Below the pieces are notes generated by a model. That model did not search any database, was not told where the DNA came from, and saw nothing but the letters and a program-made list of their open reading frames with translations. From assembly GCF_009834535.1 (NCBI RefSeq), contig NC_045696.1:11348001-11412000 (forward strand): 64,000 nucleotides of DNA. The letters are read 5' to 3'. Each line of letters begins with the position of its first letter. Position 1 is the first letter of the stretch. Shown in pieces: positions 25,191 through 38,005 of the stretch. Source of the stretch: Camelus ferus (Eukaryota). A program made the position numbers and the translations under genes.

Positions 25191-25528
25191 TAATCTTCAG
25201 TTTTCTGCCTCAGCTTCCTCAGAGTCCTGAGAAGGGTCAGGGCAGAAATGGGTATTTATAGTTACAAAGACTTCCATGCACATTATCTGAATTGTTAAGA
25301 TAAGCAACCCAGTTTCCCCCAGGCTACTGGGAGGCCTGAAACAGACAGGGATACATGGAAAAGGCACATTCCTTGACCAATTGGAAGAGGCAGGGTAAGC
25401 CTCCAGGAGCTGACCACGCTCAAAACTAGACTAGCTGCTTCTCAGCACAAGCTTTTGATTAACCTCTGAGGTGATGATTCTGTTTGTGGTTGTGTGTTTT
25501 TATCCCTCCTTCTCTCCCTTCCTCTTTT

Positions 25529-25690
25529 CATCCAACCACCCCGCCATCCATCCTTTTATCCACCATCCATCATCCATCCATTTACCCATCCATCAGCCAT
25601 CCATTTACCCATTCATCAGCCATCCATCCATCCACCCATCCATCCATCTATCCATCAACCATCCATCCATCCATCCATCATCCACCCATC
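25529..25690. repeat. Degenerate (CCAT)n tetranucleotide tract abutting a minus-strand L2 3' end (about 25700-25830)
   Basis: Read directly; followed by GTGTTTACTGAGAACAC...GGGATACAAGG (antisense L2 end). Confidence 0.9.
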
Positions 25691-26570
25691 TAGCCAGTTC
25701 ATCCCTCATTATCTATTATTCTCCAAAAGTGTTTACTGAGAACACACTTGGTTCATAGGGGCTGTCACAGGCCCTCTGTGGGATACAAGGGACATGTTGA
25801 AGATGGGAGCCTTGTTTTGATTTGGGAAGATAAACTCCTGAAGCAAAAATAATACAGCTAGAAAGATCAGGGCTGAGGAGGAGTCACAAAGGAGTCGTGG
25901 GACCCTCTTCACCCCTTCCTCCTCCTCCATCCCCTTCATCCTCCTGGACGCTGGGTAGCAGGCCTATCCCTGTCAAACTCCTTCCTTTGCTGAAAGTAAT
26001 TATGTGGTCATATTTACGCAGCTCAGAAAAGAAAGTCATGGAGTCACTTCACAAAGGCTTCCTGAGTGAACGGTTTTATTACTGCAGTGGGGCCCTCCTA
26101 CTCACCCGGGGGAATGTCACTGCAGTAATTGGGCCCTGACTTGGTTTTCTCAGAGTGTATTAATAATAGTATTAGTAATAGTAGTAATAATAATAATAAA
26201 TTAGATGTGTCCTCTATTGGACAGAGCCTGTTAGTGTAATTCCCATTCAGCTTGTCATTTTATCATTAATTATAAAATAAATGAATAGTTAAAAGGATAA
26301 GTGCTTGCTATGATGCTCTGTTCTGACCATCCCACCTTTAGGAGGTTGTGGTAAAGCTGGACTTTGTTCTATAATCAGTGTGGGGAGGTGGGCGTGGTCT
26401 ATGGGTCATCTACCACATCAGCAGCTGTGGACGGTTAGCGTGGAGAACTTCCACATGTTAGAAGGGTTCCCACTGAAGAAGGAGGATGTTTGTCATGGGT
26501 TCACCTGCAAGGTCAAAGCCAAGGCAGAATTAGTTCAACAGAACTTTAGTTCAACATAAGAAATGACTTT

Positions 26571-27050
26571 TTGAAACAACCAAAATGTCCATCAAGTGAG
26601 AAATGGATAAACAAAATGTGGTATACCCATACAATGAAAGGCTATTCAGTAACAAAAAGGACTGAAGCATTGGCACCTGCTGCGATGTGCATGAACGTCG
26701 GAAACATGATGCTAAGTGGAAGAAGCCAGTCACAAAAGGTCGCAGACTGTATGATTCCATTTACATGAAACATCCAGAACGGGCAAATACATACAGACAG
26801 AAAGTAGGTTAGTGGTTGCTTCGGGCTGGGTGGTTGGTGGGAAATGGGGAGTAACTGCTAATGGGTACCGGTTTTCGGGGGGAGTTGGTGGAAATGTTCT
26901 AAAACTGATTGGGTTGATGGATGCACAACTCTGTGAATATATGAAAAACCATCGAGTTGTACAATTTAAATGAGTGAATTATATAATTTGTAAGTATCTC
27001 AAAAATTAATAAAAATTAATTTGCCTGTTTTTAACTTATTTAAAAAAATG
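26571..27050 (+). mobile_element. L1 3' end (L1MB-class)
   Basis: ORF 26571-26768 KQPKCPSSEKWINKMWYTHTM is L1 ORF2 C-terminus; 3'UTR GAAATGTTCTAAAACTGATT...CACAACTCTGTGAATAT. Confidence 0.9.
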
Positions 27051-27259
27051 CAACTACTTTTTAACAAGGAGAGTAAAAGAATACATAGTGCTCGACCTGT
27101 GGAAAGCCCTGGATACCCCAGCTCACTTCTGTCCCCTTGTCCAGCAATGGAGAGACTTAGCTGAGACAACAGGAGCTCCTGTCACCCCTGGAGACACCAG
27201 GAAATACTGGGTCACCATCTGTTGGTGGTACAAAGATGTTTCTTGCAGTAAGAGGAGGG

Positions 27260-27738
27260 TCTTGGTTTGGACTTTCTTGAAAGTAACACTAAGGCTTAGA
27301 TTTGGGGCAATTCATTGGTTTGGGAAGCATCCAGGAGCCAGGGCGAGGAACAGGGGAAGAGCTCATGTTGGGTGCATTATCAAGGTCAATGCTGGGGGAG
27401 GGGCCTGACCCTCCTTGGAAGGGGTCCTCCTGGGATGCATACAGAATGCCTCTCCCAATGTTCTGCTTCACGGGTGGAAGGCTGACCTCCTGTCTACCAC
27501 CTTCTCTCCCCACTGGCTGAGGGCCATCCCCAGGGTGTGTTCAGTCCCCTGCACTTCCAGCCTGTTTTGTGTGGGGGATAAAGGGACAACCACAAGCCCC
27601 CAGGGGTTAAAGCAGATCTGGAGTGGGATGCCAAGAGTGAAGTGGGCCTGGGCTCACACAGAACCTTCCACCATGGCTGTGACTGAAGTCAGAGGTGGCT
27701 CAAGGAGATGTGTTATGGACGCTGCGCACATCTGCCAC
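27260..27738 (-). mobile_element. Old ERVL solo LTR, LTR16-like
   Basis: CTCTCCCCACTGGCTGAGGGCCATCCCCAGGG...CCCCTGCACTTCCAG; ends CATCTGCCACA. Confidence 0.6.
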
Positions 27739-28153
27739 AAAGGGCAGTTTTGGCTCACACAAGTGATTGAATGAATATAACTTTTTTTTTTTAATGAAGT
27801 AAAATAGAATAAAAATGCTCTAAGGTGATTGTACCTGAAAAATATCATTTCGGGACATTTTTGTTTTGTTACTTGCTGAATGTGTCTGGGTGCATATGGA
27901 TGTATTGGGTTATGACATTAGATGTACTCATTTCTAAGGCCACAGTGAAAAATGCTGTTCAGCTGGAGTAATCTCAAAATTCCAAAAGGAAAGTTCATTT
28001 TATAATAAGTTTTCAGGTTGTAGAGGAGAAAACTGAAGCATTGTGTGTCATGATGGGAAGGACAAGAATGAAGTATGACTCCAGGGAGATCTGGGCTCTG
28101 ATCTTGTCTCTGTTTCTTAGGGATGATGTGATCTAGGACCACTTACCCGACGT

Positions 28154-28504
28154 AAAGAGATTTATTTTAAGGAATTGGCTCATGCAACTGTAGGGGCTGG
28201 CAAGTCTGAAATCTGTAGGGAAGTCCACTAGGCTGGAAACTCAGTCAGTGCTTCCTTGTTACAGTCTTGAGGCAGAGTTTCTTCTTCTTTGGGAAATCTC
28301 AGCTTTTGCTCTTAAGGTCTTCACCTGATTAGACTAGGCCAACCTGCATTAAGGAGGGTAACCCCCCCCCCTTGCTTAAAGTCAAATGATTGTACGTGTT
28401 AAGCACATCTACAAAATGCCTCCACAGCAACACCTAGATTAGAGTTTGATTAAATCACCAGGGGCTATGGCCCAGCCAAGTGGACACATCAGGGTGACAT
28501 CACA
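28154..28504 (-). mobile_element. ERVL solo LTR, MLT2C/D-like
   Basis: AGAGATTTATTTTAAGGAATTGGCTCATGC...GGCAAGTCTGAAATCTGTAGGG...CAGCAACACCTAGATTAG...CAGCCAAGTGGACACAT...CATCACA. Confidence 0.9.
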
Positions 28505-29311
28505 CCTGACCTACAGGGATTTAGACCAGTAGCAGAAGGTAAGCTCATTCTCTGCCAGCCTTAGAGTCAAATGCCTTAAGGAGATTAGAATTTGACGCCT
28601 GAGGCTTGTGTGCTCTGTTATCAGAAATTCTGGAATGTTTGAGCCCAACTCTGCTCCTAGCTTTCTAGCTGAGAGAACTCAGACACAGAGAATTTATCCC
28701 ACACTGTAAAGGTTCCACCATGAACATGTGGCCAAACCCTTGCTCAGTGACACATCCTGTCTTTCTTAGAGAGAGTAATGGGTTCCAGAATGCTAGTCTG
28801 CTCCAGCCAAGTGGAGAAGGAAATGCTGTGTTTTCACAGTATCCCAACTTCACTGTAAGTGCTTCTTATTCTCTTGCGCAAGGAGATAGTCATGTTTTCA
28901 TTTGATGGTGAGCATTACTGAGAGCACGTTTCCTGTGGAGAACAGACTCACTTCCCTTTCTCACAGGAGGATGAGAAGGACTTCTTGAGAGGAAAGGGGG
29001 CCACAGCTGCTCTGGGAAACTCAACCCACTCTCACATGGATGGGTTTTCAGTCATCAGAACCAGATGTGCAAGTGTGTCTGCACCCCTCCGCCTCCCACA
29101 CGGTGGCCAAGCCCGGAAGCGGGGCTGTGGCTTCCTGAAGGCTCTTCCGTGTGTCGGGTGCCTGGTGGGGAGGGGGCTCTGTGGCAGGAAATGCAATGGT
29201 CTTTCTCTCAACCCTTCTCCCTCCTTGCCCTCTGGCTTTCTAATCATTTCAACATGGAAGCGACCAGCCTCAACTCGGGGTCCTCATCTTTATGTGTGTT
29301 CAGTTCTTGTG

Positions 29312-29485
29312 CTAGAGTTTCAGAGCGGTTGGAGTCAGTCAAAGCCCTAGTCTTCTCAGTGGCTTGTGAAGAGCTTAGTTTAAGCTGCACTTTTGTCTGT
29401 TTTATATGTTGCGGATCTGTGTGAAATTTCCTTTGAGAAAAACAAATTCCACTGCCTATATAAAAAAGGTCTGAAAATTATTACC
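29312..29485. mobile_element. hAT-Charlie fragment, MER103-like
   Basis: TTTCCTTTGAGAAAAACAAATTCCACTGCCTATATAAAAAAGGTCTGAAAA resembles the recalled MER103C end. Confidence 0.45.
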
Positions 29486-30844
29486 AAAGATAATGGGAAA
29501 TTATTTAAGGTGATAGCCTTTGATGTGATGAATGTAACAAAATGTTAAAACTTAAGGGAAAAATCACTAAATCACATATGACCCTCCAAAATCCTATTTT
29601 TCAATACCCTTATTTATAGCCTCCTCTGTAAGAGTCAAAGACTCAAACATTCCCGTAGACAGTCAGAAATTATGGAAGAGGCAAAGGTGTACTTGACACA
29701 AAGCGAAACACAAACACATCTTACTTGGACGAAGTTGGGAGGGGACCCAGGAGCCCAGTCAAACATATACACGCATCAGGGCAGAGACTGGGCTATGGGG
29801 CGTGGCTTTTCTTCTCCAAGGGATGGGGCAGCTCCAGTCTTGTCCCTGTTTCTCTGACCATAAACAGGAGTCTGCCCATTCCAGCAGACCCAGCTGAACA
29901 CCAGTTTACCCTCAAATGGACAATAATCTCCCAAGCTTCTCATCTCACACTCGGAGAACAGACCAGGTCCAGCCAGGAATACAACCCACCTTTTAGATGG
30001 GAGAAAGCCCTGTTGCTTACAGAAACCTCAAGTTACCCCTAGTTCCTTAGGTTTCTTCATGTGTATGTAATTAAACAAAATAAAACGATATTGTTTGGCC
30101 TCTGAAGGAAAATAAACACCTTCTGAAATAAAAAAGGCCTCGTGTGATGTTGACTCTTAGTCGTACTTTTGCTCATGGGACATAGTAGTTACATCACAGC
30201 CAGATTTATTTGGAGAAATCATGCTGGTGTTTCTGCCAAATCAAAAGTGCAATGACCATCTGACTTTCTGCTCGAGTGGTGGCCTTTGCTTATATTGACC
30301 CAGATAATGGCAAGCAAGTGTATGCTCGGGCACAGGGGCTGATGCCAAGAATGGTGAGGAGGCTCCAGTGAGGGAAAGGGCCAGGCTGGGGTGGCTCTGT
30401 GACAGCTGATGGCAGCAGGGCATGTCTCTGGAGTTCTAGGAGCCACAGCATCAAGGAGCCATGAATAACATCCCACAGAATCCTGCAGGTGGATTTGTGG
30501 GTTTTCTGTCTCATGCATTCCCCCTCCCCGACACTCACCTCCCTCAATCACACCCAGGTGGACCCCATGATGGAAGAAGGTTCTTTTCTTGGTCTTGATC
30601 CAGGTCTTCTCTCTTAGGCGTTTTACTGCTGTTGGGAACAGGAGGGCAGCAATGACAAAATACTTGGCTCAGATTTCCTAGTTGACTAACTTTCCCTGCT
30701 TCAGTCTTCATCTGAGAAACCCAAGCATTCCTACCAAGTGTCCTTGAGCCTGGGAATCTGCATCACCTCCCTCTTCTGCCTCTCAGCCCCCTTCTTCCAC
30801 AGGAAGACAGAAGTGTCCCCCCACCAGGGTCTCAGTGAAAAGCA

Positions 30845-31150
30845 AGATGGAGGAAGAGGGCTGGTAGGAGAGCCAGCCAGGGCCACGTGCACCGCAGTGA
30901 GGACTTTGAATTTGATTCTAAGCAAGAGGGGGTGCACTGGTGCATTTTGAGCAAAAGGGTGACAGGGTCACTTCAGGTAATTCTGGTTATAAAGGCTCTC
31001 CACTTTCTGGGTGAATGGCCTGTTGAAGACAAAAATGGAAATATGGACACCAGTTGGGAGACCATGGCAGTAGTCTAAGGAATAGGATGGGGTTGGGGCA
31101 GGTGAGAAGGAGGTGAGGCTGGAAGGGGAGAAAGATGAAGAAGAAGAGAT
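30845..31150 (-). mobile_element. L2 fragment
   Basis: GTGAGGACTTTGAATTTGATTCTAAG...TTTTGAGCAAAAGGGTGACA...ACCAGTTGGGAGACCATGGCAGTAGTCTAAG. Confidence 0.75.
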
Positions 31151-31914
31151 GAAACTTGGCCCTGTAGCATCAAAATGCTCTGAATCCTCTGAATAACCCT
31201 GGCAGTGAAGGGTTAACTCTTATGCGAGTAGAAGGCATTCTCTTGGGCTTTCCTCTAACCAGGGAGAATGACCCTGTCCTGCCTGCATTAGCTGAGTGGA
31301 GAGGATTTATGCCCGGAAGAGCAGGGGTTTCCCCTCAGCCTCCCTTAGATTAGTCACCGTCCGTCACCCAGCAGCTTGAACTCTTGAGCCCCTTGTAGGG
31401 AGACCTGCCTGGTGCTGAGGGGAGGAGGGAAGAATCTGGCCTCTGTTCAAGAGAACTTATGTAGGGAAGACTGAAAAGAAACAAGACAAAGCTCACCATC
31501 AAATAAAATTCAACTTTCAGAAACACAGCTCCTCACTGTGTCTGATCCAGCACATAGTTTTAGAAAGTTGCTCTCCGGCTCACCCAGTCCCCAGACGAAG
31601 CACATGCTCTGATTAGATTTTAATGAGGGAAATATTTCCACCACAGAAATTAATCACCATGTGCTGAGATTTATAGGAAGAGTGATTTTGGTGGAGAATG
31701 ATTTTTTTCCCTCCACAAATGACAGGAAAATGTTTCAATAGAAGACAGAGCACTGAAAATGAAACTTTATTTGGTTTTGGCATTGAGGAGAGAGTCACAG
31801 ATAGTAGTAGCTGTCACAGAACTGCTTTAAGGTATTATCTATTAAGCGTAAAAACAGTGTATCACTAGCAAGAACAACCACACAAAATGTAAAGTCCTTG
31901 GGTAACATTTAAAG

Positions 31915-32357
31915 AGGATTTCAGCTACAAGAGTGCTTAGGCGATCAGGGTTTATTATAGTCACACACCAAGAAGTTACAGGACAGCATTTGCAGAGTTG
32001 GTGAACTCAGCAGCTTGTTGACATCAAGGCTCTATGCCTTCTCACTGAGATTTTCTGGGCTTTTGCCTCATGGTCACAAGGTGGCTGCCAGCACTCTAGG
32101 CACTGTATTTTTACATCATGGTGTCCAAAAGCACAAAGTGTGGATGGATGCCTCTTTGTTTGCCTATTTTTATCAGGGAGGAAATCTTTCCCAGAAGACC
32201 CTAGCAGACTTCCTCGTCTGAGTCCCAAGCCTACTCCTAAACCATCCCTGGCAAATTTTGATTTCCCGCCATGAAGTTAGGTGTACCATCTCTGAATGTA
32301 TTGCTGCTCAGTATCTGAACAAAGTCCCAAGATGGGTTTCAAATATATCTAGCAACA
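31915..32357 (-). mobile_element. Old MaLR LTR, MLT1K/L-like
   Basis: CCTCATGGTCACAAGGTGGCTGCCAGCA...GGAGGAAATCTTTCCCAGAAGACCCTAGCAGACTTCCT. Confidence 0.7.
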
Positions 32358-32365
32358 TACCATAG

Positions 32366-32961
32366 TGCTATGGATTGAATGTTTGTGTCTCCCCAGTAAT
32401 CAATTCATATATATATATGTATTCATATAAATTCATATAAATAAATATATATATATATATTTTTAATGTCTCTCTCTCTTTTGTTTTTTTTTAGGGAAGA
32501 GGTAATTAATTCTATTTATTTTTAATGTTGTTACTGGGGATTGAACCCAGGACCTCGTGTATGCTAAGCAGGCACTCTACCACTGAGCTATACCCTCCCT
32601 TCCAATTCATCTACTGAAGCCTAAACCCCAATGTGATGGTTTTAGGAAGTGGAGCCTTTGGGAGGTAATTGAGTCATGAAGGGATTAGAGCTGTTAGACA
32701 AAGAAGCCAGAGAAGAACTCACTCTCTCTGTCTCTCTCTGTCTCTCTCCCTCCCTGCACATCACATTCCCTCCACATGAACACAAGCAGAAAGCAGCTGT
32801 CTGCAAGCCAGGAAAAGGGCCCTGGCCCTCACCAGAACTCAACCATGCTGGCACCCCAATCTCAGACCTTCATCCTCCAGAACCCCAAGGAATAAGTTTA
32901 CATTGTTTAAGTCACTTAGTCTTTGATATTTTTGTTACAGCAGCCCAAACTGACTGATACA
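32366..32961 (+). mobile_element. MaLR solo LTR, MLT1A-like, interrupted by a SINE
   Basis: TGCTATGGATTGAATGTTTGTGTC start; GCAGCCCAAACTGACTGATACA end; TSD CATAG (32361-32365) / CTTAG (32962-32966). Confidence 0.9.
32412..32600 (-). mobile_element. tRNA-derived camelid SINE (Vic-1 type) with a composite A/(GA)/(TA) tail
   Basis: Reverse complement reads GGGAGGGTATAGCTCAGTGGTAGAGTGCCTGCTTAGCATACACGAGGTCCTGGGTTCAATCCCCAGTA...TAATTACCTC; Pol III A box TAGCTCAGTGG and B box GGTTCAATCC; TSD CAATTCATATA (32401-32411) / CAATTCATCTA (32603-32613). Confidence 0.92.
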
Positions 32962-33019
32962 CTTAGTTTATTATTATAAATATATTATTATGATGATGAT
33001 TTATTATTATATATTATTA

Positions 33020-33230
33020 TTATTTACTGAGTAAATGAACCATGGACCAGGTCACTTGCTTTGCATATATTATCTACTCTTTATAACACCCAGTGAGTTA
33101 GACATCATCTTTTTGCAACTGAGGGAATTAGAACTTTGAAATGTAAAGCAACTTATCCACAGGCTCACAGAGATAAGGAATTCACATCCTATTCTAACCA
33201 GCTCTAATGCTTGAGCTATTAACACTTTCC
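33020..33230 (-). mobile_element. MIR SINE
   Basis: TATTTACTGAG...TGCTTTGCATATATTATCT...AAGCAACTTATCCACAGGCTCACAG. Confidence 0.7.
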
Positions 33231-33491
33231 TATGGTAGGTAGAGGGAAGGGAGAACAGATTCACCAGAAACCTATTTTTAAGGTGACTCCTGGGAGATAA
33301 TGCATTCTGAGTCAAGAATGAGGCAGGCATGCCCAGACTAAGCCAGTGAGAAGACTTTGCTGGTCAGAGGGAATGAGCAATCTGGAATATAGCACCACAT
33401 CTGTTGGCTCAGTCCCTGTTGTCTGACACATTATAAGATATCAGGGCTCAAAGAACACTCCTTGGCTACCTCTCTGAGTTGAGTGGAATGA

Positions 33492-33925
33492 TGTAGCAGT
33501 TCCCTGAGGCTGCCAGAACAAATAACCACAAATTTGATGGCTTAACACAATAGAAATTTATCCTCACAGCTCTGGAGGCCAGAAGTTCAGAATCAAGATG
33601 TTGCCAGAGCTGCATTCCATCCAGAAGCTCTAGGGGACATTGCATTGCCTCTTCCTGCTTCTGGTGGCTGCCAGCTTTCCTGGGCTTGTGGCTGCATCTG
33701 TCCAATCTCTGTCTGTCTTCATTGGCTTTCTTCTCCTCTCTCTGGTGTGTCTCTTATAAGGATAGTTGTCATTGAATTTGAGACCCATATAATTCAGGAT
33801 GATCTTGAGATCCTTAATTTAACTACATCTACAAAGATGTTTTCTCCAAATAAGGTCACATTCACAGGTTCTGAGGATTAAGAATTGAACATGCCTTTTT
33901 GGAAGTCACCATTCAACACACTATA
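33492..33925 (-). mobile_element. MaLR solo LTR, MLT1C-like
   Basis: CACAATAGAAATTTATCCTCACAGCTCTGGAGGCCAGAAG...TCCAAATAAGGTCACATTCACAGGT. Confidence 0.9.
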
Positions 33926-33929
33926 AGCA

Positions 33930-34410
33930 GTATAAGGCTCTTTTGGTTTTATGTGACAGGGACACTACCCAAATTAAATAAGCTAAAGGAAATGTGTGGG
34001 TTTATGAAAATGGAAAGTATAGGGGAGGTTCTAGCTTTCAAAGGATCTAAGTGCTCACATGACGTTAGCAGGGTTCTTTCCTATCTTTGATTCCATTTCT
34101 CAGCTCTGCTTGTCTCAGTTTCTTTATTCTTTCTGCAGGCCTTTCCTGTGGGGCTGTCACCCCCACACTCATAACCTTGAAACCTTGCTGTTGAAGAAGA
34201 CAGCAAGGGGTAGCTGTTCACAGCCCTTTGGAATTCCTAAGGAAGACTCTGATTGGCCACCCCGAGTCACATGCCCATTTCTACAGAGGAAAGTGTTGGG
34301 GGAAGGGCTTTACAATGATTGACAACCCCATTAGAACTATATGGAAGAGTGGAAGCATAGTTCCTCCAAGGAAGTGATGTTGGGCAGGCAAATGAAATAT
34401 TTCTACCACA
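33930..34410 (-). mobile_element. Old MaLR LTR (MLT1K/L/N-like)
   Basis: GGCTCTTTTGGTTTTATGTGACAG start; GACTCTGATTGGCCAC...GTCACATGCCCA; ends CTACCACA. Confidence 0.6.
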
Positions 34411-34654
34411 GGACATTCTTTCCCCCTCTGCTACTCAAATGAGGCACAGCTTTACATCTAGAGGACTGTAGGCCCCTGCTTCCGTGAGAGATAAGCAGCA
34501 GATAACACACTAAGTTACAAATTTGCATTAGGAGACAGTGGAATTTACTCATGACCCCATGTAAGAAAGACACCTAGGTGGAGTCCTCAAAATATTTGTT
34601 GAAGAAAACCACATAGCAAATGAGAGTCTCTGCATATATTTACAGGCTGGAGGG

Positions 34655-34930
34655 ACTTGGAAATAATAACAAGAAAAAAATACCCAGAAAGGCCACAAAT
34701 GTTTGCAAATTAAGCAACACACTTCTAAATAACCCATGGGTCCAGTAAGCAATCACAATGGACATTAGGAAATATTTTGAACTGAATGCTAAGTAAGTTG
34801 TGACATATTGCAGCTTATGGGAATGCAGCTAAAGCCATACTTAGAGGGACATTTATAGCCTTAAATGCATCTATTGGTTGGGGCAAGGAGAACTGAAAAA
34901 ATGAGCTAGACATAAATTTCAAAAACTTAG
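34655..34930 (+). mobile_element. Internal L1 ORF2 fragment, post-endonuclease region
   Basis: AAATTAAGCAACACACTTCTAAATAACCCATGGGTC (KLSNTLLNNPWV); GCAGCTAAAGCCATACTTAGAGGGACATTTATAGCC (AAKAILRGTFIA). Confidence 0.85.
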
Positions 34931-36194
34931 GGGCTTTGTCAAAATGCAGGAATTATTGACTCCTGTAATTGAAAAGTCCAAGTAAGACTCTGTCTTCAGA
35001 CATCTAGATCAGAATGTCAAAAAATATCATGAGATAGTAGCTGCCCATCCTGTTTACCTGCTTGCCTCCAGGTTGAATTTATTCTCAGGTAGGTTATGTT
35101 CATGTGCTGGTGAAGACAACCTAGGTTTAGATCTTCCAAGCTGAGTGGGAGGATAGTTCAGTGAAAAGAGGAATAAATAGTTCTAAATGGCTCCAGTAAA
35201 TGTTTCTCCATTGATTCTGAATCATCTGGCTTGGGCCCCATGCCCACCTCCAAAGCAATCAATGTGGCCATTGGAATCCCACTGGATTTGAATATGAAAA
35301 AGATGATTTGTTCACATTTTAAAATTTAGTGGTTACTAGGAATCAGCATGCATCTTAAAAAACAAACCAACCTCATTCATTTTTGTTTTTGTTTTATTTT
35401 TTAATTCAAGAGACTTCTCCTTTGCATGATTTGATTTCCACGAAGCATTTGAGAGTCTACCATGATACCCTTGTGGTGGAAGCGGCGGACTTTTACTCAG
35501 TGCATTTGTAGCCGGTTGACTGATGATGATCACTTCATTCTTTTTCTAACTAATTTCCAAGCCATCTGCTTAAAATTCGTTGATAATCAGTGTGACAGGA
35601 TGCCTTTCCAACTGACATTCTTCTGGAGAATTCTCTCTAGTGGGTAACCCAATGCTTTTTTTTTTTTTTTTTCTGCCTCTGGCAGAATTTCTTTTCAGTA
35701 TTTTTCTTAGACAAATGTGTAAGAAATTTTTTTCTTCAGTTTTGAAGATGATAGGAAATAGAAAGGATAAGATCGTGCCATAAGGGAACATGTTGAATTT
35801 GACTAGAATTTTGTTTTGAAGGGATTAAGATGAACTTAAATAGTAATGAATACAAAAGACTGAATTTGATTTAAAAAATTCTCTTGTCCAAGTTTACAGG
35901 GTAGGGAAAACATAAGTGGCAGCAGCTTATGTGCAAAGTCAACATCAAAGTGAGGCACAGAGCAGCTCAGCTCCTAAGGAAGTGAATGCAGCCCATGTGT
36001 CAGGACACCAGACCACAGTATTCCTGCAGGATGGTTCCGTGTTTGCCCCGGGGTTGCCTGCCGCTCCCTCCAGTTCTAACAGTGGGTTTGGTTCCTGGGG
36101 TCTCATTTTAAGGCGGGGCATTGACGACCTTGAGAGTCCTCCAGTCTAGGCATTCTAATTAGTGAGGAATTCAGAACCATCATGTAGGAATACT

Positions 36195-36430
36195 GGATAG
36201 AGGAATTGGTTATATTTAGCCCAGGGAGCTGGAGATTAAAAAAAAGAACAGCTGCTTTTAAATATTAAAGGGCTGTGATGTGGAGGAGGAAGCAGTCTTG
36301 ATCCTGTTACTCCAGAAGATGCACTAGGAGAACAGGAGGAATTTTTAAGAGAGTAGATTTGACTCAGGAAGAGATACTTCATAATAATTCAAACTGGTAA
36401 AAAAAAATTGAGCACCTTCTCCAGCCCCTG
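36195..36430 (+). mobile_element. L3/CR1 LINE 3' fragment
   Basis: GAGGAATTGGTTATATTTAGCC...TTTTAAATATTAAAGGGCTGTGATGTGGAGGAGG...GTAGATTTGACTCAG. Confidence 0.65.
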
Positions 36431-37138
36431 CTCATGAGCTCTGGCTGATGCTCGGGGAACTTCTTCAGGCAGAGATGGTATTTTTAGGAGTTCCCACATC
36501 TGTGAAGGTTGTAGATGGAACCTTAAAGTCCTGACTGAATTTCACCAGAATCCTAGGGACCCATGAAGAAAATCTGAGGGTCTTAATGAAACACAAGACT
36601 AAATGAGCCAAAACTGTGACAGAGCTACTGAAAAAAAAAAAAAAAAAAAAAAGCAAATGTGATCATTTCAGACAATTCTGGGCATGTTCTCATTGTCATC
36701 TCATTGTCACCTGCCCCACCCAAGCCTGGCTCTGGGCGTTCGAATACAGCTATATTTGGTTGGCCTGAGTTAACTAGAAATTTCTATTGTTCTGGAAATG
36801 CTTTTAACCAGAGTTTTCTTCAAGTAGAGATAATCTTTGAAATGCAAACATTCTAGTTCTGGATAGTACCTTAATGTAAGCTCACTGATTCTAGGAACAA
36901 ATTGCCAGCATCCTTTGTTCTGCAGAGTGCCTGATTCTCGGCGACTCCCTGCATTGACAGAGGAGGTGAGAAGACCCAGCTTGGAAGGCGGGGGGCTCTG
37001 GGGAAGTCTAGCTTCCATTCTTGGTGCCTGGGGCTGTGGGACGTAATCCCTCAAGACGTCTCTTCCTGCTGGGAAGGAGTTTCACTGTGAGTTCCAGGCT
37101 GTTCTCTGCAAGGAATTTCTCCAGGATGGAACAGTTGA

Positions 37139-37187
37139 CAGAGAGAGAGAGAGAGAAAGAAAGAGAGAGAGAAAGAGAGACAGAGAG
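37139..37187. repeat. (GA)n-rich simple repeat
   Basis: Read directly from the sequence. Confidence 0.9.
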
Positions 37188-37558
37188 CAAATAATCACAA
37201 AGGCCAGGATCCCAAATACACAAGGGACTCTATTGGTGTGGGAGAGCTATAGCCTAGAAGAGAAGAGGCTGGAGGCTGGATGCTCTGCACAGTAAGGTCA
37301 AAGGAAAGACATGATGGGAGGAAGCAACTCAGAAAAGCAAGCATATCTGATGAAGATTTTTCAGTAACAGAAAGAACGCTAACAATGCCTAACATTGTCA
37401 TGTATTTACTGTGTCAGGCATTGTATTCCCTCCTGCCTCCCTTTACATAGTTATCTCAGGTGACCAAGAAGAAACAGGTAAAGGATGAACAAGTTGTCAA
37501 CAGGAAGAGGTCGGTCAAGTCTAATTTTCACCCTTTTTAGAGACCGATAATAGCAACT

Positions 37559-38005
37559 CGTCAGTGAAAATCAATAGCCAATCTAGGAAAGAAGTGGAAA
37601 TTTTTCTTCAAGCCGAATTTGAGGATTATAACCTGGGAACAGCATCTCAGAAAGCTCTGAGAACTGTTCTGCCTGTTAGATGTCAAAACACAGTTATTTA
37701 AGTTTTTTTGAGTCAGAGGGCTGTGCATTAAATGATGTATAATTAACAGCTTACAGAATCCAGATCTGAGCGCCGTCATGACCCCTTACGAGATCAAGAA
37801 GGAATGTTATTTTTAAGGACTTGTCTTGTCGCTGTGAGGAGAATGCTGCTCTTTATGGTTGAGCGGGTATTTCTGCTGCTGGGGGAGGTTTAGTCAATGA
37901 ATCACGCAGACACACAGTGCGGGGAGAGAGGACGCCAAAGGTCAGAGAAATTTTTTATGTTTCAATATTTTTTGTCTTGCCATAAAATATGAATTTTATT
38001 TCACA
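37559..38005 (-). mobile_element. Lineage-specific ERV1-type solo LTR inserted into a MIR
   Basis: Reverse complement begins TGTGAAATAAAATTCATATTTTATGG; GAGGATTATAACCTGGGAACAGCATCTCAGAAAGCTCTGAG motif; degenerate TSD AACT/AACC; MIR sequence on both sides (about 37395-37460 and 38010-38135). Confidence 0.75.

Noticed and set aside
25471..25758. His/Pro/Ser/Ile-rich ORFs here and at 61881-62260
   Set aside because: These are translations of (CCAT)n simple repeats.
26530..26556. Short direct repeat TTAGTTCAACA, two copies
   Set aside because: Ordinary local slippage duplication with no further structure.
32530..32600. tRNA-like sequence as a real tRNA gene
   Set aside because: It is followed by a SINE-specific tail and A-rich tract, flanked by a TSD and inserted in an LTR, so it is a SINE head.
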